Source: Candidatus Latescibacterota bacterium (GTDB lineage Bacteria > Latescibacterota > UBA2968 > GCA-2709665). Taken from it: a DNA stretch of 64,000 nt. The stretch's first letter is position 1. The number at the start of each line of letters is the position of its first letter. Below, one piece after another: positions 58,177 to 64,000 of this stretch. Location of the stretch: contig OZ242180.1 in NCBI GenBank assembly GCA_965205485.1, positions 2,304,001 through 2,368,000 on the forward strand, in the 5' to 3' direction. Both the position numbers and the translations under genes were made by a program. The notes under the pieces were generated by a model that saw only the letters and a program-made list of their open reading frames with translations, did no database searches and was not told the origin of the DNA.

Positions 58177-61100
58177 ATGAGGCGACGTGGACAATTGTTG
58201 GGTATGAATCAGAGGGCATTGATCCTCCTTTCTGCCGTGACGATTTTCACGTCCTTTCCTCTTGAGGGTCTCAATGCACAGATTCGTCAAACTGCGATGT
58301 CGGCCTCAAGCGGTGGCCATACCGCATGGGCGATTGGGCTTGAAACCGGGCCGTCCGCCATTACCGAGATCTGGGTCGAAGTACAACAAGCAAGCCCCCC
58401 TCGCCATCTCGGCACCTTTCCCGGCCGACCCGGACGACTGGAATGGATTGCAGGCGGGAAACGACTTCGCTACAGGGAGACGCCCTTACGGGTCCCCCTG
58501 CATACGCTTACCATGCTCCCGAAGCGGTCCGTACCCATTGTCCGGTCCAGTGTCTGGGAAATCGCCATCCGGGATGGTTCCATTTCGCGGGTGAACGATG
58601 CGGCAGACACGGATCCGGGAACAACGTCGGATGCGGCGCCCGCCGCCCCGCCGGACCCGAGTCCCGCCGCAAAGGCGGTGTTGTGGGGCGTGGCGACCGC
58701 ATTCAATGCCTCGGCCCTGGCCTACACCACCGTACACCGCTGGGAATTTCATTGGGCGGTGGACCGGTACCATAGAGCCTCCCGGGCGTGGAAGGCCCTG
58801 GCTGCGCGATTCGACAAGTACGGGCTCTACACGGAGCCAGTCCTGTCCTACGCGAAGTCGCTGGCCTTAACCTCGAGGAGTGCCTACGTGGCGCCCGGGG
58901 CACGCTGGGTGTGCAGGGACCACCTGACCGTCATCAGTGACGCCCTTGATGCCTATGAACATGCACACGAAAACCAGCGGCCGCCCACCCTCTTGACGCT
59001 CAAGAACTGGATTGAAACCCATACGTTGACGCACGCGGACTCTATCGTCATGAAAACGCTGTTCCGCTCCGCGATGGATCCCAAAAAAGGCCGCCGGATC
59101 AGTTACACACACGGATACCGGCCTGCCGCAGCGGACGGCGAGGCCGTTGTCACGAGCTTCTTTCACGACGGTTACCTGGTTGAATCCGTCCGCAGCGGCG
59201 CGGGTTACCGCACCGTCGACCGGCGTGCGGGCAAAACGCAGATCGACTCCCTCCTCAATCTCGGCACTGAACTAACCCGGCGAGAGCCGCTCAGGGCGAT
59301 CTCAACCCTCGAAATCCTGGCCGGCGTAGCTCAGGATTACGCCCCCGGGCACAGCAGGCTCGGGTTCGCCTATCTGGAAGTCGAGAAGCTGGTGCGGGCG
59401 GTCAATGCGTTCGAACGCGCGATCGAATGCGACCACACGCTGGCCGAGGCCTACTACGGCCTGGGTCTCACCTTCCGCAAGTGGCCCCGAGGATCGTACG
59501 ATGCCATCCGCTATTTTCAGAAAGCACTCCAATACGACCGGGACCACGTGGAAGCCCGGTTCAATATTGCCGATATACGGCACGAACTGAAAGAACACGA
59601 CGTGCGGCGAGAAATAAAGAAAGTGCTTGCAATAGACCCCAGGTTTCCCCCGGCCTATCTGCTGATGGGGAAATGGGTGGAGGAGTTCGAGAAGGACTAC
59701 GAGGAAGCCGCGCTCTACTATGCGCAATACATGGGCTTGCGGCCCGATGATCCTGAGGGGCGGAAGCGACTGGGAAGGATCTACCTGAGAACGAAGGACT
59801 ACGGCCGCATCCTGGAGGTATTGGAGGAATACGCCGTTCAGAATCCGGATGACGACGAGGTACTGCCCATTCTAGCTCAGGCCTGCATGAAGCTGGAAGC
59901 GTATGACAGGGCTCACGCCTTTTTCACGGACTACCTTGACGGCGCCGGCGATCAGGTGCGGGCGCACTATGAAGATATCCGGCTGGTCGCCTCCGCGGGG
60001 GCTCTCGCGGCACTTGACGAAACCCCGGCGGCCGACAGAGCCGCGTTCGTGGAGAAATTCTGGTCGGAACAGGACCCGGACCTGACCACGGCGGCCAACG
60101 AACGCCGCCTGGAACACTATCGGCGCGTCTGGTACGCACAGCAGAGTTTTTCGGAGGGAAAGCAGCCGTGGGACCAGCGCGGCGAGGTCTACGTCCGGTT
60201 TGGCGAGCCCGATCACAGGGCCCGCTCTGACGACATGAATTTCCAGCAATCCCTCGCGGTCCAGCGGGTCAAGGAACGGCTTTCCACGGCGCTGTACGGG
60301 GTTGCCGTGCCGCCGCACATGTTGATGAAGCCCACAACCAACGCCGACGGGGTGGGGCACCTCTGGGGCGACCTGCCGATTCAGTCCTCCGGCCCGGGTG
60401 CAAGTTACGTTGGTCCGGTCTACCCGGTGCGCAGCATGCGCGGCGGCGTGGGTGAGGCGCCGGGCTTTCGGGCACAGGTATATGACGGGGAACCGGGCGG
60501 GCAAGAAGATCAATCAGAATCCACGGGCATCGCACAGGATGAGTTTTCATCCGGCGCGGGCAGGGGCAGCGGGATCTTATCGGACTTCAAGCCGGTGACT
60601 TCCGGGGAAGACGCCTCGATGGTCCCGTGGGAGACGTGGACGTACGTCAACGTGGGCAGCGGAATCGAGATTACCTTCACCGACGAGTTCCACAACGGAA
60701 CCTATAACTACGCCCCTGCACCGCTGGATGCCCGCATTCCCGCGCGCCAGCAGGCGATGCTGAACCGCTACAATCCCCGCAACGTCTATCGCATGGCCGC
60801 CGCGGCGCAGCCGAACTACTTCGTGCCGCCGAAAAACACGATGCCGATGGAATTCTATTTCAATTCGGCGGATTTCAGGAGTGAAAGGGATTTCCGGACC
60901 GCCCTGGAAGTCTACGTGGGGATACCGCGACACCAGGGGCGCTACATGGTCGATGACGACCGGACGGAAATATGGGTCGACCGGACCGTGGCGCTGCGGA
61001 ATCCGACAACCGGCGCCGTCTACCGGAGCGAGGACAAGGTACACTTCGCGGCGAAGGGGAACGTGACCGGAGAAAGGAGCGCGTTCGTTCCGGACCTCGC

Positions 61101-61662
61101 GCGCATGGACGTGCCCCCCGGGCGCTACCGGATGGAAGTTAAAATAAAGGACAACCTGTCCGTACAGCACGGGCGGTATCGTCAGGACATTGAAATCGAG
61201 TCCTATGAACGGGACAGCCTCCAGGTGAGCGACCTGGAACTGGCCTGGCGGATTTCCGGCCGCAAGCACGAGGACAAATTCAACAAAGGCGCGCTGTGGG
61301 TCATTCCGATGCCAACGCGGACCTACAGGGTGGGCCAGAATGTATTCGTCTACTACGAAATATACAACCTGACGCAGGATGAATTCGGTCTGACGAACTA
61401 CCGGGTTTCCTACACGGTCACGAAGGAGGACGGCTTCAGCCCCCGGGGTATCATCACCAGCCTTATACGGTGGAAGAAAGGCAAACGTGAGGAACTGGAA
61501 GTCACGTACGAAATGGAGGGTGAGGATACCATGGAAGTCGAATACGTGGAACTCAAGCTGGAAAACCGCCCCGCGGGCAAGTATTTCCTGAACGTCTCAG
61601 TTGTCGATTTGAAGAGCGGTGAAACAGCTTGGAAAAAGGCCAGCTTCATTCTCGCCCGATAG
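58177..61662 (+). CDS. TPR-containing GWxTD-domain protein with long N-terminal extension
   Basis: Signal peptide, TPRs, FWSEQDPD..TAANERRLEHYRRVWYA..PWDQRGEVYVRFGEPD, PWETWTY, YYEIYNL. Confidence 0.85.
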   Translation: MRRRGQLLGMNQRALILLSAVTIFTSFPLEGLNAQIRQTAMSASSGGHTAWAIGLETGPSAITEIWVEVQQASPPRHLGTFPGRPGRLEWIAGGKRLRYRETPLRVPLHTLTMLPKRSVPIVRSSVWEIAIRDGSISRVNDAADTDPGTTSDAAPAAPPDPSPAAKAVLWGVATAFNASALAYTTVHRWEFHWAVDRYHRASRAWKALAARFDKYGLYTEPVLSYAKSLALTSRSAYVAPGARWVCRDHLTVISDALDAYEHAHENQRPPTLLTLKNWIETHTLTHADSIVMKTLFRSAMDPKKGRRISYTHGYRPAAADGEAVVTSFFHDGYLVESVRSGAGYRTVDRRAGKTQIDSLLNLGTELTRREPLRAISTLEILAGVAQDYAPGHSRLGFAYLEVEKLVRAVNAFERAIECDHTLAEAYYGLGLTFRKWPRGSYDAIRYFQKALQYDRDHVEARFNIADIRHELKEHDVRREIKKVLAIDPRFPPAYLLMGKWVEEFEKDYEEAALYYAQYMGLRPDDPEGRKRLGRIYLRTKDYGRILEVLEEYAVQNPDDDEVLPILAQACMKLEAYDRAHAFFTDYLDGAGDQVRAHYEDIRLVASAGALAALDETPAADRAAFVEKFWSEQDPDLTTAANERRLEHYRRVWYAQQSFSEGKQPWDQRGEVYVRFGEPDHRARSDDMNFQQSLAVQRVKERLSTALYGVAVPPHMLMKPTTNADGVGHLWGDLPIQSSGPGASYVGPVYPVRSMRGGVGEAPGFRAQVYDGEPGGQEDQSESTGIAQDEFSSGAGRGSGILSDFKPVTSGEDASMVPWETWTYVNVGSGIEITFTDEFHNGTYNYAPAPLDARIPARQQAMLNRYNPRNVYRMAAAAQPNYFVPPKNTMPMEFYFNSADFRSERDFRTALEVYVGIPRHQGRYMVDDDRTEIWVDRTVALRNPTTGAVYRSEDKVHFAAKGNVTGERSAFVPDLARMDVPPGRYRMEVKIKDNLSVQHGRYRQDIEIESYERDSLQVSDLELAWRISGRKHEDKFNKGALWVIPMPTRTYRVGQNVFVYYEIYNLTQDEFGLTNYRVSYTVTKEDGFSPRGIITSLIRWKKGKREELEVTYEMEGEDTMEVEYVELKLENRPAGKYFLNVSVVDLKSGETAWKKASFILAR

Positions 61663-61823
61663 AGATTTCCCCATGCCCAACACGGTCTAGTAAAGCGATT
61701 TCCCGGTCTCTTCCGGGCGCGCGGATTGGAGAGCTACATCGTCTTGACATCGCTGGTCCGTATCCGGTATGGCTCCTCAGCGTCCGGCGCGAATGAGGCG
61801 CCCCCATTTTCCCGGGCGTTCTC

Positions 61824-61984
61824 GGCGGCGGGGTGGATTCTGGCAGCTTCGTGAGAATCGCCGCGAAATTGCGGTTCAGCCGCGGCAACGCTGGTTTGAA
61901 TCGCGCTACGACCGGGACTGAAACGGCAGTGTCAAATTCCCCGATTTTCTCATCTTCGCCGGTGCGTTCGGGCAGACCGCGTAA
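61824..61984 (+). pseudogene. Decayed paired EF-hand/dockerin-like tag
   Basis: GGGVDSGSFVRIAAKLRFSRGNAG, frameshift, then RYDRD*NGSVKFPDFLIFAGAFGQTA*. Confidence 0.7.
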
Positions 61985-62096
61985 TCTGGCCCTCCCACTG
62001 TCGCAAAATGCGACATCAGTGACACAATTCGCGTCACATCTGCCTGCGCCGCGAAACCCCAATTCGCAGTACCCATTCGCCCGACACGTTGCACGT

Positions 62097-62119
62097 GTAG
62101 GGGCGTCCCTCGTGGGCGC
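62097..62119 (+). repeat. GTAG-type REP (GTAGGGGCGTCCCTCGTGGGCGC)
   Basis: Near copy of 38440-38464. Confidence 0.7.
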
Positions 62120-62315
62120 ACGCATTGCTCCCCACCCAGCGTTGCCAAGGTGCCGATCCGCCCTTTCCAACGTCCCCGCCGGCTCCAGGCCACATCGGAC
62201 TTGCAATCCCTACGTCCATGTTGTAGACTCTTGATATCGGCTGCCAGGCCCGTCCGTGCTGGGGTCCGGTCAAATAACGTTCACTCCCGATATGGTCTTT
62301 CCACGGGATACTTAC

Positions 62316-63431
62316 ATGTCCATGTCCTCCGCGTCCCACCCTACGTACGAATCCATCGGGGTACGTCCCCTGATCAATTGTATGGGGACCTACACCATCA
62401 TCTCCGGCTCCCTGATGCTGCCGGAGGTCCGGCGGGCAATCCATGAAGCCTCGAAGGCGTACGTGCATCTGGACGAGCTGATGGATAAAGTGGGCGCCCG
62501 GATCGCGGATCTCATGCAATGCGAATCGGGCATGGTCACCAGCGGCTGCGCCGCGGCGCTGTGCCAGGTCACGGCCGCCTGCGTGGCCGGGCTGGATCCG
62601 GACAAGATGAAACGCCTGCCCGATACGTCCGGGATGAAGAACCGGGTCATCACGCAGCCCTCCCACAGGCACGTCTACGACCACGCCATCCGCATGGTGG
62701 GCGTTCAAATCGTCGAGGTCGAGACCGCTGGCGAACTGGAGGCCGCCGTTGACGAATCCACCGCCATGATCGCCATCTTCGGCGACGCCGCCGACCGGGG
62801 GACCATCACCGTTTCCGAGATCGTCGATATCGCCCGCAAATACAAGGTACCGACGTTCGTCGACGCCGCCGCCGAGAGGCCGGACGTCCCGAATCCCTAT
62901 CTGTCGGAAGGGGTGGACGTGGTCGCCTACAGCGGCGGCAAGTGCCTTCGGGGCCCTCAGGCTTCCGGCCTGGTTCTGGGCAGAAAGGACGTCCTGCACG
63001 CCGCATTCATGAACGGCGCACCCCATCACGCGCTCGCGCGTCCCATGAAGGCCGGGAAGGAGGAGGTGATGGGACTGCTCGCCGCCGTGGAACAGTGGGT
63101 GCGGCGGGACCACGACGCGGAATGGAAGGAATGGGAGCGCCGGCTGGAAGTCATTGCGGGCGCAATAGCGCATATTCCCACGCTGACGACGGGCATCCTT
63201 CAACCCGGCCGGTCGAACGTCGCCCCGGTCCTGTCCATCGAATGGGACCCGGAAACCGTCCGCATCACGCCGGAAGAAGCCAGGCGGCAACTCTCCGATT
63301 CGGATCCTCGCATCGAGCTCTTCCACACCGGGACGGGCGTGGAAGTCATGCCCTACATGATGGAAGACGGTGAAGATGAAATCGTCGCCCGGCGCCTGAG
63401 ACAGGTTTTCGACGGGGCGCTGCCGGTCTGA
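62316..63431 (+). CDS. SelA-like/DgaE-family PLP-dependent enzyme (short type, probably not true SelA)
   Basis: YESIGVRPLINCMGTYT..SGS, TSGCAAAL, VDAAAE, YSGGKCLRGPQ, RPMKAGKEE. Confidence 0.82.
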   Translation: MSMSSASHPTYESIGVRPLINCMGTYTIISGSLMLPEVRRAIHEASKAYVHLDELMDKVGARIADLMQCESGMVTSGCAAALCQVTAACVAGLDPDKMKRLPDTSGMKNRVITQPSHRHVYDHAIRMVGVQIVEVETAGELEAAVDESTAMIAIFGDAADRGTITVSEIVDIARKYKVPTFVDAAAERPDVPNPYLSEGVDVVAYSGGKCLRGPQASGLVLGRKDVLHAAFMNGAPHHALARPMKAGKEEVMGLLAAVEQWVRRDHDAEWKEWERRLEVIAGAIAHIPTLTTGILQPGRSNVAPVLSIEWDPETVRITPEEARRQLSDSDPRIELFHTGTGVEVMPYMMEDGEDEIVARRLRQVFDGALPV

Positions 63432-63503
63432 GATCTCATTGCTGTTCAGCATAGACCCGGGACGGGTTGTCTCACCGGGTCAGAGGCCCGACGGAACCGC
63501 CCG

Positions 63504-64000
63504 ATGCGCGTTGAAATCGCCCGCCACGCCCTGGACCGCGTCCCCCTCTCGATCATCTTCGATGACTCCACGCTGCTGGTCAACCTGAACTACTTCTTCA
63601 TGCGGGACCGAAATCCCATCGACGGTGAGCGACGCAGGTGGGAGGACGTACCCGTGGTCCACCCCGAGTCCTTTACGCGGGAATTCGCCGAATACTGCCT
63701 TGACGAGGGCGTCAAGGGGAAATTCAGCGTCGTACCCTGCCCGGCGGCGCTTGGGCGGATCGACCACGGACTCCCTCTCTTCAGCAGGGCCCAGCAGGAG
63801 AGCTGGCTGGATATGTGCAGGGAGCTCATCGTTCCCAATTACGACATCACCCCCGAGATGATCACCCATACGTTCGTCGTGGACCTGAAGACGCTCAAGC
63901 CGGTGGACCCCAACCTCTGGGAACAATGGGGATGGAATCAGCTGCCCACCGACAGGGAGGAGCTGGTAACGGACTACATCGCGCTTGCCTGCGAGATTCT
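63504..64000 (+). CDS. Hypothetical protein, possibly deacetylase-like fold (runs off window end)
   Basis: Open frame MRVEIARHALDRVPLSIIFDDSTLLVNLNYF...GVKGKFSVVPCPA...DITPEMITH. Confidence 0.7.
   Translation, partial: MRVEIARHALDRVPLSIIFDDSTLLVNLNYFFMRDRNPIDGERRRWEDVPVVHPESFTREFAEYCLDEGVKGKFSVVPCPAALGRIDHGLPLFSRAQQESWLDMCRELIVPNYDITPEMITHTFVVDLKTLKPVDPNLWEQWGWNQLPTDREELVTDYIALACEI

Noticed and set aside
62316..63431. Selenocysteine synthase selA
   Set aside because: Short DgaE-like type; no selB, selC or selD in the window.

Overview
GC-rich bacterial window with no rRNA, tRNA, CRISPR array or intact transposase that I can see. It is dominated by catabolic and accessory genes: three Gfo/Idh/MocA oxidoreductases, a 2-oxoacid dehydrogenase E1a/E1b/E2 cluster without E3, yiaK, an eltD-like dehydrogenase, class III aminotransferases, a sialidase, creatininase, CocE/NonD, a DapA-like enzyme, a heparinase II/III-like protein and a SelA/DgaE-like enzyme. 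It also carries envelope proteins (two TPR-GWxTD-family proteins, a 7x Ig-repeat DM13 protein, two OM beta-barrels, a duplicated CPBP protease), housekeeping genes (psd, msrB, rluA-family, sthA, csp) and two toxin-antitoxin loci, one with a deleted toxin. Repeated paired EF-hand/dockerin-like tags plus GWxTD proteins suggest a Latescibacterota/Gemmatimonadota-like organism (inference only). The most notable unexplained signal is a ~370-nt, extensively nested base-paired non-coding region (57514-57889) behind a near-consensus sigma70 promoter, which matches no RNA family I recognise by eye. Also present: two MITE families, several REP-like palindrome families, two adjacent +1 frameshifts and several unusual domain architectures. 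All product calls come from motif recognition, not database searches.
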